Source of the DNA: an uncultured Verrucomicrobiae bacterium
GTDB taxonomy: Bacteria; Verrucomicrobiota; Verrucomicrobiia; Chthoniobacterales; UBA10450
Assembly: GCA_963815455.1 (NCBI GenBank)
Contig: CAWFGO010000001.1
Coordinates: 1,312,001-1,376,000, forward strand
Direction of reading: 5' to 3'
Length of the DNA: 64,000 bases
Part shown: positions 43,962 to 56,495 of the stretch, in pieces
Layout of the letters: each line of letters begins with the position of its first letter
Numbering within the stretch: the first letter of the stretch is position 1
The notes under the pieces: model-generated
What the model saw: only the letters and a program-made list of their open reading frames with translations
The model's database searches: none
What the model was told of the DNA's origin: nothing
Made by a program: the position numbers and the translations under genes

Positions 43962-44795
43962 TCAGACGCGGCGGCCAGGCAACTGCATGTTGCTCAACGC
44001 GGCGAGAGGCCGCGGCAAACCGCGTTCTCCTAACCACCGCCTGTGAGGCCGTACTCGTCGAACCATGCGAAGGCCAAACGCCTCGATCGCCTTGCTGCGA
44101 ATGTGCGCGATCGCGTCATCGACTGAATCCGTGACGTAGACCAAGTCGGAATCAGATGGTGCGATCGTTCCAGCTCTCACCATTTTGTCGATGAACGGGA
44201 TTAGTTCCCGCCAGTAATCAGTGCCCATGATCACAACTGGGAAGCTCCTGATTTTGCGGGTCTGAATCAGGGTGATCGCTTCGAACATTTCATCAAGCGT
44301 TCCCGCGCCACCGGGGAGAATGGCGAACGCGTAGGAATATTTTACCAACAGCGTTTTGCGGACAAAAAAGTAGTGCAGCGTGACGAAACGATCGAGATAC
44401 CCGTTTGGATGTTGCTCCATCGGTAACTCGATATTGCAACCGACCGAGCGTCCGCCGACTTCTTTGGCGCCGCGGTTCGCCGCTTCCATGATTCCGGGAC
44501 CGCCGCCGGTCATTACGGTGAAGCCCAGCTCCGCGATGGCTGCGCCCATCCTCCTGGCCAGCTCGTAGTATGGGCTGTCGATCTTAATTCGAGCGGAACC
44601 GAAAACAGTAACGCAAGGGCCGACGAAGTGTAGAACTCGGAAGCCGCGAAGAAAATCACGCATCACGCGAATGAGAATGATGAACTCGCGAAAACGCGAG
44701 CGCGGTCCTTCGAGGAAGATCTCGTCCGCGCGGCGTGCCGATCCAGTCGGAGATGGCGAATCTCCATTCGGCTCACCCGATGCGTTGTCTGACAT
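43962..44795 (-). CDS. LOG-family (TIGR00730) nucleotide monophosphate nucleosidase
   Basis: VTVFGSAR, TGGGPGIMEAANRGA, FFVRK, PGGAGTLDE. Confidence 0.9.
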   Translation of the reverse strand: MSDNASGEPNGDSPSPTGSARRADEIFLEGPRSRFREFIILIRVMRDFLRGFRVLHFVGPCVTVFGSARIKIDSPYYELARRMGAAIAELGFTVMTGGGPGIMEAANRGAKEVGGRSVGCNIELPMEQHPNGYLDRFVTLHYFFVRKTLLVKYSYAFAILPGGAGTLDEMFEAITLIQTRKIRSFPVVIMGTDYWRELIPFIDKMVRAGTIAPSDSDLVYVTDSVDDAIAHIRSKAIEAFGLRMVRRVRPHRRWLGERGLPRPLAALSNMQLPGRRV

Positions 44796-44800
44796 GTGCA

Positions 44801-46825
44801 CTATCTAGCCTCCAGCACGACTACGGAACGCGGTGCGACTTGATAATCGAGCGAATCTATCGGCTCCTCCACAATCTCTTGCCGGCTGGTGTCCACCATG
44901 CGTGTCCAGGCGCCCTCTTTGCCGTCCTGAATGTGGAAGAGTACCGGCTCCCAGAACGCATTGATCATCACGTAGAGGTCGGTCCCGCCGTGCAGACAAT
45001 AAGCCAGCGTGCGTGCCGCGAGATCGACCGGCCCTTTCGCGCCGTACCAATGCACATCCTCGCGCCAATAACGGCTGCGTGCGATCCACGGCCGGGCTTT
45101 GCGAAACGCAATCATGTATTGAAAGAACCGAAATACGTCCCGGTTTTTCTCGAGCAACGACCAATCGAGCCACGTCGCTTCGTTGTCCTGGTTGTACGGA
45201 TTGTTGTTCCCGCGTTGCGTGTTCAGAAACTCGTCGCCGGCGCAAAACATCGGCGTCCCGTTTGCCAGCATCAGCAGCGCGAAGAAGTTCTTCACCTGTT
45301 GGCGGCGTAACGCCAAGACTTCTGCGGATGCGCAGTCGTCACCTTCCCATCCGCAATTCCAACTTCGGTTGTCGGAGGGCCCGTCGCGATTTTCCTGGCG
45401 GTTCGCTTCATTATGTTTTTCGTTGTAGGAGACGAGGTCATACAGGCAAAAGCCGTCATGAGCAGTTACATAATTTACGCTCTGAAATGGCCGGCACACA
45501 TCGCCGGGACCATCCGGAAATAAATCGTCGCTGCCGTACAGACGCTGCATCAACGCCCCGACCATCCCGGCATCGCCTTTAACAAACGAGCGCAGATCAT
45601 CGCGGAATTGCCCGTTCCACTGTCTCCACGCCAGTCCGGGGAAACTCCGCCCCAGTTGGTAGGCATCGACATCCCACGCCTCCGCAACAAGACGGAGATC
45701 AAGCTGCAACGCTATCGCGCTAATCTCAGCGGCGATAGCAGGCGAATCCGTGTTGATGCTGCCGTCTTCATTGCGCGTAAACACCGACGCCAGGTCGAAA
45801 CGAAACCCGTCCACGCCCATTCGCTCACTCCAATGCTGCAAGCTGCGCAAGACGAGGGCGCGCACGCTTGGGTGCGCGCAGCGGGTCGTGTTTCCGCAGC
45901 CGCTGTGGTCTTGGTAACGTCCGCCTGAGCCTAACAAGTAATAGCTGCTATTGTCAATGCCGCGGTACGAATACATCGGCCCAGTTTCGTCGCCTTCGGC
46001 GGTGTGGTTGTAGACAACGTCCAGCCAAACTTCTATTCCCGCCTCATGAAACGCTCGGACCATCTGCCGAAACTCGGCGACCGCGTCGCGCACTGCGTAG
46101 CCTTGGTGCGGCGCGAGGAACCCCAGCGTCATGTAGCCCCAGTAATTGCCCTCCTGCGGATCGAACTGATGCACCGGCAATAACTCCACCACCGTGACAC
46201 CGAGCTCCTTTAAGTAAGGAATCTTCTCGATTAGTCCCAGAAACGTCCCGCGCTTCTCCTTTACCACACCTGAATTAGCGCGGGCGGTGAATCCTTTGAC
46301 GTGCAACTCATAAACGATCGTATCGTGCCTATGCCGCGGCGGCGGCCGCGTGCCCCAATCGAATTCCGCTTCCTCACGAGGCAACACTCCGAGCACGGCG
46401 CGCCCGTCGATCCGACCTGAATGCCTCGCCGCTTCGCGCGAGAAGTTAGGCGGGAAAAATAGCTCTTCGGCATAGGGATCGAACAAAATTTTCTCTGGGT
46501 CGAACCGATGTCCGTTTTTGGGATCCCACGGGCCTTGCACCTGATAACCATAGTACCGCGCCTGCGGTGCAGACTCCCGCTGCACGAGGCAGTGCCAGAT
46601 GCGCGCCGTTTTGTTTTTGAGAGGATTAAGTTGAAGCTGAAATACCGGCTCTAGGAAATCCGTCGCGTTGTACAGCAGCAACGTCACTCCAGTCGCGTGA
46701 CGCGAGTACAATGTGAAATTCCACGCCTGCTCGGTTTCCAGCCAGGTCGCGCCGGGCGGACCAATGCCGCCTTCATCATCCCACGATTCCACCGTGTGGA
46801 CGCGAGTTGAGCCACTCCCTTTCAT
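44801..46825 (-). CDS. glgX: Glycogen debranching enzyme/isoamylase (GH13)
   Basis: VYELHVKGFT, NYWGY, DVVYNHT, VDGFRFDLA, AEAWD, TAHDGF, GNNNPYNQDN. Confidence 0.93.
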   Translation of the reverse strand: MKGSGSTRVHTVESWDDEGGIGPPGATWLETEQAWNFTLYSRHATGVTLLLYNATDFLEPVFQLQLNPLKNKTARIWHCLVQRESAPQARYYGYQVQGPWDPKNGHRFDPEKILFDPYAEELFFPPNFSREAARHSGRIDGRAVLGVLPREEAEFDWGTRPPPRHRHDTIVYELHVKGFTARANSGVVKEKRGTFLGLIEKIPYLKELGVTVVELLPVHQFDPQEGNYWGYMTLGFLAPHQGYAVRDAVAEFRQMVRAFHEAGIEVWLDVVYNHTAEGDETGPMYSYRGIDNSSYYLLGSGGRYQDHSGCGNTTRCAHPSVRALVLRSLQHWSERMGVDGFRFDLASVFTRNEDGSINTDSPAIAAEISAIALQLDLRLVAEAWDVDAYQLGRSFPGLAWRQWNGQFRDDLRSFVKGDAGMVGALMQRLYGSDDLFPDGPGDVCRPFQSVNYVTAHDGFCLYDLVSYNEKHNEANRQENRDGPSDNRSWNCGWEGDDCASAEVLALRRQQVKNFFALLMLANGTPMFCAGDEFLNTQRGNNNPYNQDNEATWLDWSLLEKNRDVFRFFQYMIAFRKARPWIARSRYWREDVHWYGAKGPVDLAARTLAYCLHGGTDLYVMINAFWEPVLFHIQDGKEGAWTRMVDTSRQEIVEEPIDSLDYQVAPRSVVVLEAR

Positions 46826-46888
46826 AAAACGTTAGCAGAAAGTCTCAGAGAACGCATGATCTCACTCGCCTCTTTAATTCTCGTCTCT

Positions 46889-47791
46889 TTAGGTGGTGGA
46901 CGCCTCGAAGATACTCTGAATGGATTTGTCCAGCATGGCGTTGAACTCAGCATCGGATTGCTGAGCCGAGAGCCCTTCTGCAAGGGCTCGCGAAAAGCTC
47001 GCAACAACCCCATGATTCCGGCGCAAGCGGTTGTTGGCTTCTTCCCGCGAATAACCACCCGACAACGCAACCACCCTCAACACTTTGGGATGTTTGACGA
47101 AATCGGCGTAGAAGTTGTCTTGCTCGGGTAGGGTGAGCTTGAGCATCACCAACTGGCCCGCTGGCAGTTGGTTGAGTTTCTCGAGAATAGCTGCCTTAAG
47201 CAACCCTTCGGCTTTGGCCTTTTCCGGGCAGTGAATATCAACCTCCGGCTCGACGATCGGCACCAGTCCGGCGGCAATAATCTGCGCAGCCAGCTCGAAC
47301 TGCTGGTTCACGATGTCCTTGATCCCAGCTTCATTGGCTTGCTTGATAAACGAGCGCTCCTTGGTTCCGAAGATGCGCTTCCCTTTGCCTTTCTCGAGCA
47401 GCGCCGCCAGCGCGGGTATCGGCTTCATTAGCTGGACACCGTCCTTCTCGGTTTCGAGGCCCTTGTCTACTTTCAGGAACGGCACGACCCGTTTTACGTT
47501 CCAAAGATAGTCAGCTGTAGGTTGCCCCTGGATGTCCCTGTCCATCGTGTTCTCGAACAGGATGGCGCCAATGATCCGCTCTCCGGTAAAGCTGGGACTG
47601 GTAATCATGCGGGTGCGCATCTGGTGCACGATCACGTACATCTCCTCGTCGTTAGACCATGCATCTTCTTTGATTCCGTAAAGAGCCAGCGCCTTTGGCG
47701 TGCTGCCGCCGCTTTGATCCAGCGCTGCGATGAAGCCGGGATGCGTCCTCATCTTCTGCAGTTGTTGTTCGTTCAAGCCAATTGATTTCAT
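46889..47791 (-). CDS. Fructose-bisphosphate aldolase class I
   Basis: [48 protein letters not shown]. Confidence 0.93.
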   Translation of the reverse strand: MKSIGLNEQQLQKMRTHPGFIAALDQSGGSTPKALALYGIKEDAWSNDEEMYVIVHQMRTRMITSPSFTGERIIGAILFENTMDRDIQGQPTADYLWNVKRVVPFLKVDKGLETEKDGVQLMKPIPALAALLEKGKGKRIFGTKERSFIKQANEAGIKDIVNQQFELAAQIIAAGLVPIVEPEVDIHCPEKAKAEGLLKAAILEKLNQLPAGQLVMLKLTLPEQDNFYADFVKHPKVLRVVALSGGYSREEANNRLRRNHGVVASFSRALAEGLSAQQSDAEFNAMLDKSIQSIFEASTT

Positions 47792-47822
47792 AATGCCTCC
47801 TTTGGTCTTCGAGATTGATAAA

Positions 47823-49409
47823 TCAGGTTGTTGATTGAGCTATCATGGACAAGAGCGGGCGTTTCGTTTGAGTTTGCCGCAGACGATTTGATTTTGTCGT
47901 CAGGTATCGGAGTGAGTGAAAATCAGCAGCTGCCAACAACTCTTCGGGGCAACGCCAGCTCCAGTTGCCTTCCGCGTGACCGGGAACGTTCATTCGAGCC
48001 TCTGCCCCGAGATTGAGAAGATCTTGTAAAGGAGCGATGGCAAGCGCAGCCGGAGACGACCACGCCAAACGCATCAAATCCCAGGCGACTTCGCGACTGT
48101 CACGCTCCGGTGAGTTGAGGTAACGCCACAAGTTCTGGCGCTGATCCGGAGGCAACCCTTCATACCATCCACGGCTTGTAGGATTGTCGTGCGTCCCGGT
48201 ATAAGCGACCATGTTTGAGAGGTAGTTGTGAGGGAGGTGCGGGTTATCCGAATGGCCGTCGAAGGCAAATTGCAACACACGGGTCCCAGGCACCTGAAAC
48301 TGATCGCGGAGCGCGTGAACGTCCGCCGTGATCAGACCTAAATCCTCAGCGATGAAAGGTAGTTGACCTAACTCTTTTTTCACCGCCTCGAAGAAATCAG
48401 CGCCCGGACCTGGCACCCACTGGCCGGTTTGGGCGGTAGGCGCTCCGGCCGGAACATGCCACGCCGCAGCGAAGGCGCGGAAGTGATCCAGACGAATCAC
48501 ATCTACGTGTGCGAGCAGAGCGCGCAAACGATCGATGCACCAACGATAGCCGGTTTGCCGGAGTGTCTCCCAGTTGTAGACCGGGTTGCCCCAGAGCTGG
48601 CCCTGGGCGCTGAAATAATCCGGAGGTACGCCAGCCATGAAGCGCGGCCTCCCTTGGTCGTCCAACAAGAATAACTCCGGATTGGCCCAAACGTCACTCG
48701 AGTCCGGAGAAACAAAAAAGGGCAGATCGCCGATCAGGCGCAAGCCTTTCGCTCTAGCATGTTTTTGAAGCCGTTCTCCTTGGCGAAACAAAAGGAATTG
48801 AGCGAAACAAACTTGATCGACTCGAGTTGCGAGATCACGCCGGGCCTGGGCCAAAACTTTCGGTGTGCGCCGGACCAACTCTATCGGCCACTCGACGTAG
48901 TAGGCGTCATTATACTGAAATTTCAGCGCTCGGAAGAGTGCGTAGTCTTCCAACCAGTGCGCCTGTTCGTGGCAAAATTGTTCAAAAACAACTCGTAACT
49001 CCGTGAATCCGCCTTTGCTAAAATTGGTCCAGGCTTTTTCGAGTAAACGGTGTTTGAACGGAATAACCGTGTTGTAATCGACGGAAGATTGAGAGACTGA
49101 GGGTCCCGCGCAGTCATCGGCGCATAACAAGCCGTCCTCGATGAGCCAGTCTGGACTGATCAGCAGACCGTTGCCGGCAAAGGATGAGAGCGATGAATAA
49201 GGAGAGTTTCCGTAACCGGTCGGGCCCAACGGCAATGCTTGCCACCAACTTTGGCCTGCGTCGGCAAGTTGATCGATCCATGCGATCGCGCCTGGTCCTA
49301 CGTCGCCAATCCCATAGGGCGAGGGCAACGAGATAACGTGCAGAAGCAAGCCGGAGGCACGGTAGGACGATGGAAATGGGGGGAGATTCGGATCGCTGTC
49401 GTTAGTCAT
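47823..49409 (-). CDS. malQ: 4-alpha-glucanotransferase (GH77)
   Basis: [50 protein letters not shown]. Confidence 0.95.
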   Translation of the reverse strand: MTNDSDPNLPPFPSSYRASGLLLHVISLPSPYGIGDVGPGAIAWIDQLADAGQSWWQALPLGPTGYGNSPYSSLSSFAGNGLLISPDWLIEDGLLCADDCAGPSVSQSSVDYNTVIPFKHRLLEKAWTNFSKGGFTELRVVFEQFCHEQAHWLEDYALFRALKFQYNDAYYVEWPIELVRRTPKVLAQARRDLATRVDQVCFAQFLLFRQGERLQKHARAKGLRLIGDLPFFVSPDSSDVWANPELFLLDDQGRPRFMAGVPPDYFSAQGQLWGNPVYNWETLRQTGYRWCIDRLRALLAHVDVIRLDHFRAFAAAWHVPAGAPTAQTGQWVPGPGADFFEAVKKELGQLPFIAEDLGLITADVHALRDQFQVPGTRVLQFAFDGHSDNPHLPHNYLSNMVAYTGTHDNPTSRGWYEGLPPDQRQNLWRYLNSPERDSREVAWDLMRLAWSSPAALAIAPLQDLLNLGAEARMNVPGHAEGNWSWRCPEELLAAADFHSLRYLTTKSNRLRQTQTKRPLLSMIAQSTT

Positions 49410-51082
49410 TAGCGCACCTCCTGTTCCTGAAGAACCGAATCAGACGACTTGAGCGCTTCGGTCACAATTTCCTTAGCCTCGTGCACGATCGCGGCTAAAT
49501 GATTTTCATCTTTAAAGCTCTCCGCATAAATCTTGTAGATGTTCTCGGTGCCGGAAGGCCGTGCCGCAAACCAGCCATGATCGGTCACGACCTTCAGCCC
49601 GCCGATCGGGGCGCCGTTACCCGGAGCGGAGGTCAATTTGGCAGTGATCCGTTCGCCGGCCAGGATATCCGTGGCGACTGATTCGGGCGATAACTTTTGC
49701 AGCCGCGCCTTCTGATCAGGCGTCGCCGGCGCATCGATGCGCGTATAGTATGGCGTCCCGAACTCGGTTGTTAATTCCTGATATAGCTCGCCCGGGTCCT
49801 TGCCAGTGCGCGCCGTGATTTCCGCTGCCAGTAAATCCATGATCGGGCCGTCTTTGTCGGTCGTCCAAACGCTGCCGTCCTTCCGGAGAAAGCTTGCGCC
49901 CGCGCTTTCCTCGCCGCCAAAACAAAGCGAGCCACCGAACAATCCCCGCACGAACCACTTGAAGCCCACCGGCACTTCACAAAGCGAGCGCCCCAGCTTA
50001 CCCACCACACGATCAATCATGCTGCTGCTGACCAAGGTCTTACCGACTGCGACGTGAGCTGGCCAGTTAGGCCGATGCATCAGCAAATAGCGGATGCCGA
50101 CAGCGAGGTAGTGATTCGGGTTCATCAAACCGGACGAAGGTGTGACAATACCGTGGCGATCGGCGTCCGGATCGTTGGCGAACGCAATGTCGTATCGGTT
50201 CTTGAGGTCTACGAGACGCGCCATGGCATACGGACTCGACGGATCCATGCGAATCTGACCGTCATGATCGACCGTCATGAACGAGAAGGTCGGATCCAGC
50301 CTCCGGTTCACGACCGCGATCTCTATATTATAGACAGCGTTGATCGGCTCCCAGTAGGGTAAGCTCGACCCGCCGAGGGGATCGACCGCCAACTTTAGGC
50401 CAGCGCTGCGAATCGCGTCCATGTCGATGATGTTTCTCAGATCCTCGACGTAGGGCAGGACAAAATCTTGGTGGTGGGTCGTGTTTGCTTTGATTGCGGC
50501 GGCAAACGATACGCGTTTAATACCGGACGCGTCTCGCAACAGTTCATTGGCGCGGTCTTCAACCCATCGTGTGACATCGGTATCAGCCGGGCCACCGTTG
50601 GGCGGATTGTACTTGAAGCCCCCGTCCGCCGGCGGGTTGTGCGAAGGTGTGATAACAATGCCGTCGGCGAGGTGCTTTTTACGATCCCGATTATAAACGA
50701 GGATGGCTCGCGAGATGACTGGCGTCGGCGTGAAGCCGTTGTCTTTCTGGATGATGGTCTCCACTTCGTTGGCCGCCAGCACCTCTAGGGCGGTGCGTTG
50801 GGCCGGCCCGGACATCGCGTGAGTGTCCTTGCCCATGAAAAGTGGGCCATCGTAGTTCCGGGTGCGCCGGTAATCACAAATGGCCTGTGTGATGGCCAGA
50901 ATATGTGATTCGGTGAATGATCCGTTCAGCGGCGAGCCGCGATGTCCGCTGGTGCCGAAGCTTACCAGTTGATTCCAATTTCCCAAGTCGGGGCGACGCT
51001 CGTAATACTCGCGTTCAAGCCGACTCGGATCTATCAGCAGCTCTTTGGGAGCCGGTTTGCCTGCAACTGGGGAAACTGGCAT
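49409..51082 (-). CDS. pgm: Phosphoglucomutase
   Basis: [34 protein letters not shown]. Confidence 0.95.
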   Translation of the reverse strand: MPVSPVAGKPAPKELLIDPSRLEREYYERRPDLGNWNQLVSFGTSGHRGSPLNGSFTESHILAITQAICDYRRTRNYDGPLFMGKDTHAMSGPAQRTALEVLAANEVETIIQKDNGFTPTPVISRAILVYNRDRKKHLADGIVITPSHNPPADGGFKYNPPNGGPADTDVTRWVEDRANELLRDASGIKRVSFAAAIKANTTHHQDFVLPYVEDLRNIIDMDAIRSAGLKLAVDPLGGSSLPYWEPINAVYNIEIAVVNRRLDPTFSFMTVDHDGQIRMDPSSPYAMARLVDLKNRYDIAFANDPDADRHGIVTPSSGLMNPNHYLAVGIRYLLMHRPNWPAHVAVGKTLVSSSMIDRVVGKLGRSLCEVPVGFKWFVRGLFGGSLCFGGEESAGASFLRKDGSVWTTDKDGPIMDLLAAEITARTGKDPGELYQELTTEFGTPYYTRIDAPATPDQKARLQKLSPESVATDILAGERITAKLTSAPGNGAPIGGLKVVTDHGWFAARPSGTENIYKIYAESFKDENHLAAIVHEAKEIVTEALKSSDSVLQEQEVR

Positions 51083-51113
51083 GGGTCTCAATCCTCCTTC
51101 TCACCTGTGGAGA

Positions 51114-53630
51114 CTAGGAAACCGGGCACGCCTTTGCATTCCAAATGTCGGCCGCATATTGCGCAATCGTTCGGTCGCTCGAGAATTTTCCTGAGCCAGC
51201 CACATTCAAGATCGCCTTACGAGACCATCCCGCCGAGTCGGCGTAGAGGTCGCATAGCTGCCGGTCCGCTTCCAGATAGGACTTGAGATCCGCCAAATGC
51301 ATGTAGTGATCGCCGTTAGTCAGAAGCGCATCCCGCAGTGGAGCAAAGATGCCCGGCTCATTGCGGTTGAAGTAGTCGGAGAAAATCAGGTCCAACGCCG
51401 CGCGGGTCTCCGGGTCGTTATCGTAATGCCACTGCGGCTTGTACCAGCCGCGATTTGCGGCCACCTGTTCCGCCGTCAGGCCGAACAGGAAGAAATTTTC
51501 CTCGCCCGCTTCTTCTGCCATCTCGATGGTTGCACCATCGCGCGTGCCGATCGTCAAAGCGCCGTTCATCATGAATTTCATGTTGCTCGTGCCACTGGCT
51601 TCGTAGCCGGCGGTGGAAATCTGATTGGAGACATCAGCGGCAGGAATCAGCCGCTCCGCCATGGAAACACAGTAATCGGGCAGAAACAAAACCTTGAGCC
51701 GTCCGCGGATCGTCGGGTCGCGATCGATCGTGTCGGCGAGATTGTTGATGAACTTGATGATGACTTTGGCCAGGTGATAAGCAGGCGCCGCTTTGCCTGC
51801 GAAGAAGAAAGTTCGCGGCGCCATCTCGAGATTGGGATTCTCGCGCAGCCGATTATATAGGACCACAATCCGGAGCGCGTTCAGTAGTTGGCGCTTGTAT
51901 TCATGTATGCGCTTGATCTGGCAATCAAAGATGCTGTCCGGGTCTACCGTTTCTCCACTGGTTTGCTTCAGCCAATCAGCAAATGAGAGTTTGGCGTCGC
52001 GTTTAGCCTTGCGAAAACCTTCAAGTAATGCGTGATCACCGGCCAGTGGCTTGAGCTTTTTCAACTCGCTCAGATCGGTAATCCAGCCGTCGCCGATCGC
52101 ATCGCTTATTGTTCGCGAGAGCGCTGGATTCGCCATCAGCAGCCAGCGGCGCGGTGTGACGCCATTGGTCTTGTTGCTGAAACGCTCAGGAAACAACTCG
52201 GCCAGGTCCCTGACCGTCATCGTACGCAGCAACTCGGAATGAATCGCGGCGACGCCATTGGTGCTATGCGAGCCGACGATGGCGAGGTTAGCCATCCGAA
52301 TCTTGCGTTGGGCGCCTTCCTCGATGAGGCTTACGCGCTGAACTCGCCCCTCGTCTCCGGGAAACCGCGTTCGAACTTCATCAATCAGGCGGCGATTGAT
52401 TTCGTAGATAATCTCGAGATGACGCGGCAGCATGTCGGCAAACCATGCCAGCGGCCATTTCTCAAGAGCTTCGGGCAGTAACGTGTGATTGGTGTAGGCC
52501 AAGGTCCTTCGCGTAAGGTCCCAAGCCTCATCCCAACCGAGATGTGCTTCGTCGAGTAAAATCCGCATCAACTCCGGCACGGCCATGGTCGGGTGCGTGT
52601 CGTTAAGCTGAATAGCAACTTTGTCCGGTAGTTTGCTCCAGTCGTTGTTAGTCCTGCGGAAGCGGCGCACTAGGTCGGCCAGCGAGCAAGCGACGAGAAA
52701 ATATTCCTGCACGAAACGCAATCCCTGACCCATGCTTGTGGTGTCGTCGGGATACAGCACCCGGGTCAGGGATTCGGCCTCGAGTGTCTCCGCCAGTGCT
52801 CCGACGAAATCGCCGCTGCTGAATTCTTGAAAATTAAAGTAATCGTGTGCTGCCGCGGCCCAAAGGCGGAGAGTATTAATGGTCTTGCCCCCATAGCCCA
52901 CTACCGGGCGATCGAATGGAATGCCGATCAGAGCGGACGGCTGATTGAGCACAACGCGCAAGCTCCCGCCGTGCACCTCGAACGAGCAGTTAAGCGGGAC
53001 ACTGACCGTCTCGTTTTGGCGGCAGACTTCCCAAGGGTCCGGGCGACGGAGCCAATTATCTGGAACTTCGTGTTGCGCGCCATGTTCAATGGTTTGCCTG
53101 AACATCCCGTATTCGTAGCGGAGTCCATAACCCACAGCCGGGATCTTCATCGTGGCCATCGAATCGAGGAAACAGGCCGCCAGACGCCCCAGTCCCCCAT
53201 TGCCCAATCCCGCGTCGGGCTCCTGTTCCAGTAACTCGTACCAATCGAGCTTTTTTTCCTGAACGAGTTGTCTAGTGACTTCGTCAAGGAGGAGGTTCGT
53301 GACATTGTTAGCCAACGAACGACCGATAAGAAATTCCATCGAGAGATAGTAAACGCGCTTGGGGTCGTTGCGTTCATAGGTCTTCTCGGTGCGAATCCAT
53401 CGTTGCGAAAGGACATCACGCATGGAATGAGCGACGGCTTCGAAGCGCTCTCGAGCGCCGATATCGGCCGCTTCCATAACATTATCAAAGATGAGGTGGC
53501 GCTCATAAAGAGCTTCGTCCGTTCCGGCGAACTGAACCGGCCCGCATCCGTATTGCTCAATGAGCTTCGATAACTCTTTGGATTCCGTTAGGCTTGCGGA
53601 AGCCCGCTTGTCTTCGATTAACGTTTCCAT
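51114..53630 (-). CDS. glgP: Glycogen/maltodextrin phosphorylase
   Basis: GLGNGGLGRLAAC, QLNDTHP, KRIHEYKRQ, EASGTSNMK. ATG 53630 follows AAAGGA; start uncertain. Confidence 0.95.
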   Translation of the reverse strand: METLIEDKRASASLTESKELSKLIEQYGCGPVQFAGTDEALYERHLIFDNVMEAADIGARERFEAVAHSMRDVLSQRWIRTEKTYERNDPKRVYYLSMEFLIGRSLANNVTNLLLDEVTRQLVQEKKLDWYELLEQEPDAGLGNGGLGRLAACFLDSMATMKIPAVGYGLRYEYGMFRQTIEHGAQHEVPDNWLRRPDPWEVCRQNETVSVPLNCSFEVHGGSLRVVLNQPSALIGIPFDRPVVGYGGKTINTLRLWAAAAHDYFNFQEFSSGDFVGALAETLEAESLTRVLYPDDTTSMGQGLRFVQEYFLVACSLADLVRRFRRTNNDWSKLPDKVAIQLNDTHPTMAVPELMRILLDEAHLGWDEAWDLTRRTLAYTNHTLLPEALEKWPLAWFADMLPRHLEIIYEINRRLIDEVRTRFPGDEGRVQRVSLIEEGAQRKIRMANLAIVGSHSTNGVAAIHSELLRTMTVRDLAELFPERFSNKTNGVTPRRWLLMANPALSRTISDAIGDGWITDLSELKKLKPLAGDHALLEGFRKAKRDAKLSFADWLKQTSGETVDPDSIFDCQIKRIHEYKRQLLNALRIVVLYNRLRENPNLEMAPRTFFFAGKAAPAYHLAKVIIKFINNLADTIDRDPTIRGRLKVLFLPDYCVSMAERLIPAADVSNQISTAGYEASGTSNMKFMMNGALTIGTRDGATIEMAEEAGEENFFLFGLTAEQVAANRGWYKPQWHYDNDPETRAALDLIFSDYFNRNEPGIFAPLRDALLTNGDHYMHLADLKSYLEADRQLCDLYADSAGWSRKAILNVAGSGKFSSDRTIAQYAADIWNAKACPVS

Positions 53631-53706
53631 CACAGTTGTTCCTTTCTGAGTCTCGGTTTTGGGCACCGTCTGATCTGTCAGTGACATGGCGTGATTCACC
53701 GACTGC

Positions 53707-56275
53707 TTAGACATTGTCGCCTTCCGTCGAGCTTCTCCGTTTCGTTCCCGCAGTCGCCTGGCCCCATTGCCAGTCGGTGATCTCGGGCATGTCTTCGCCG
53801 TACCTGGCAATATACTGCTTGTGTTCGAGTAACTTGTCGCAAATCGCTTGTTTGGCGTAGGCCGCGCGCGCCCCTAGTTGCGGCAACCGATCGATCACAT
53901 CGCCGACAAGATGGAATCGATCGAGATCGTTCCTCACTACCATGTCAAACGGTGTGCTCGTGGTGCCTTCTTCCTTATAGCCACGGACATGCAGATTCTT
54001 GTGATTCGTACGCCGGTAGGTTAATCGATGAATCAACCACGGATAGCCGTGGAAGGCGAAGACGATGGGTTTGTCTTTGGTAAAGAGCGCATTGAAGTCC
54101 TGGTCCGATAGGCCATGCGGATGCTCGCTCTGCGGTTGCAGTTTCATCAAGTCGACGACGTTGATGACGCGGACCTTCAGCGCAGGAAGATGCTGGCGGA
54201 AGAGATCTACGGCAGCCAGCGTTTCCAGCGTCGGTACATCCCCGCAACAGGCCATCACGACGTCTGGTTCTCCTTCTTTGTCATTGCTCGCCCATTCCCA
54301 GATTCCGATGCCAGCCGTGCAATGTTTGACCGCCTGGTCCATCGTCAACCACTGAGGAGCGGGCTGTTTGCCTGCGACCACGACGTTGACATAGTTGCGG
54401 CTGCGCAGGCAGTGATCGGTCACAGAAAGGAGCGTGTTCGCGTCCGGCGGAAGATAAACGCGAACGACCTCTGCTTTCTTGTTTACTACGTGATCGATGA
54501 ACCCGGGGTCCTGGTGGCTGAATCCATTGTGATCCTGTCGCCAGACGTGGGACGACAACAGATAATTGAGCGAGGCGATCGGGCGCCGCCAAGGTATCTC
54601 ATGACACACCTTCAGCCACTTCGCATGCTGATTGAACATCGAGTCGATGATGTGGATAAACGCTTCGTAGCAGGAAAAAAAACCGTGCCGGCCGGTTAAC
54701 AGGTATCCTTCCAGCCATCCCTGGCACTGGTGTTCGCTGAGCATTTCCATCACCCTACCGTCCGGGGCCAAATGGTCGTCGGTACGGGTAGCGCTCCGCC
54801 ATCCAGGCGCGATTGGTGACTTCCATTGCATCCTGCCACCGGTTTGAGTTGTTCTCGTCCGGACTAAACAAACGGAAGTTTCGACTCTCCATGTTCAGCT
54901 TCATCGTGTCTCGCAGGAATTTCCCCATCACGCGGGTGGACTCGGCCGTGATCGCGCCGGGCTTTGTCACCTTCACGGCGTAGTCACAGAAGTCCGGAAG
55001 GCGCAGGTCTCTGAGTAGAACGCCGCCGTTGGCGTGTGGATTGGCGCTCATGCGACGGTTCCCCTTCGGCGGCAATTCGGCGAGTTCGAGTTTCAACCGT
55101 CCGGTTTTGTCGAACAGTTCCTCTGGCTTATAACTCTTCATCCATTTTTCGAGGATCTTTATGTGGGCCGGCTTTTCGTGCATCTCGCCCATTGGCACCT
55201 GGTGGCTCCGCCAGTAGTCCTCGGTCCGTTTCCCGTCAATCTCCTTCGGACAGGTCCATCCTTTGGGTGAACGGAGAATGATCATTGGCCAGAGCGGTCG
55301 TTTCTTGCCGCCGCTACGGCTGGCCTCGGCCTTGATGCGGTGAATATCTTCGAGGATCTTGTCGAGCGTCGAAGCCATCAGTTGATGCATCTTCTCCGGA
55401 TCACTGCCTTCAACAAAATAGGGCGTGTAGCCGTAGCCGCGGAAAAGCTGATCCAACTCTTGATGACTGATGCGGGCCAGCACGGTCGGATTGGCAATCT
55501 TGTATCCGTTCAGGTGCAGGATCGGGAGCACCACGCCGTCAGTTAGGGGATTAAGAAACTTGTTGGAATGCCAGGAGGTCGCCAGCGGGCCGGTTTCCGC
55601 CTCACCGTCGCCGACCACACAAGCCACGATTAAGTCGGGGTTGTCGTAGGCAGCCCCGTAGGCGTGCGAAACGGAGTAACCCAATTCACCTCCTTCGTGA
55701 ATGGATCCCGGAGTCTCGGGTGCCACATGGCTGGGAATGCCACCTGGGAATGAGAACTGGGTGAACAGCCGCTTCATTCCCTCTTCGTCCTGTGCGATGT
55801 TCGGATAGACCTCGGAGTAGGTTCCTTCCATATAGGCATTGGCGACGATGCCGGGACCGCCGTGGCCGGGACCGATAATGTAGATCATGTTGAGATCCCG
55901 TTGCTTGATCACTCGATTCAAATGGGCATAGATGAAATTCAACCCAGGAGTGGTCCCCCAATGACCGAGCAGGCGGGGTTTAACGTGCTCCTTCTTCAAC
56001 GGCTTTTTCAGCAGGGGATTGTCATATAGGTAAATCTGCCCCACCGAAAGGTAGTTCGCCGCCCGCCAGTAGGCGTCGATCTTGTCCAACTCGTCGCGAC
56101 TGAGCGGCGCACCCTTAACGGAGCGAGCGGTGTCGTAGGCGGAGATCGCTTCATCGTTAGGGACTTCCTTTTTGGAACTGCGTAGGGCGCGCTTGACCAT
56201 CGACTTTCTAGCGCGGCGATCAGAGCGTGCTGCGTTACGGGCTTCTTTTTTAATCTTAATAGTAGGTGTTATCAT
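53707..56275 (-). CDS. xfp: Xylulose-5-P/fructose-6-P phosphoketolase; one +1 indel near 54781
   Basis: [53 protein letters not shown]. The two ORFs join on removing one C. Confidence 0.93.
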
Positions 56276-56320
56276 TTGATGCTCCCTTCACCGGAGTTTG
56301 CCTGTTGGTTCATTAATATT

Positions 56321-56345
56321 TCCCGAGTTTGCAGGCGGACATTTC
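56321..56345 (-). promoter_or_regulatory. Bipartite motif GAAATG-N9-AAACTCGGGA, copy A
   Basis: Plus-strand TCCCGAGTTT-N9-CATTTC; the same 16 positions recur at 58490 and 60358. Confidence 0.65.
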
Positions 56346-56495
56346 GGGAAAGGTTGCAGTTTCGGCTGAGCGCCGTCTCACGAACTGCGTCATATAAGAT
56401 ATAGAGAGGGGGTCGGAAGGTGTTCGTTGGCCGCGCGCCAGTAGGCATCCCATCTTGCCCAGCAACCCGGGCACAGGAACTCCAGTCTGATTTTC

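Noticed and set aside
34969..54831. Programmed frameshifting in cgs and xfp
   Set aside because: No slippery heptamers are evident, and the pattern matches the other indels in the window.
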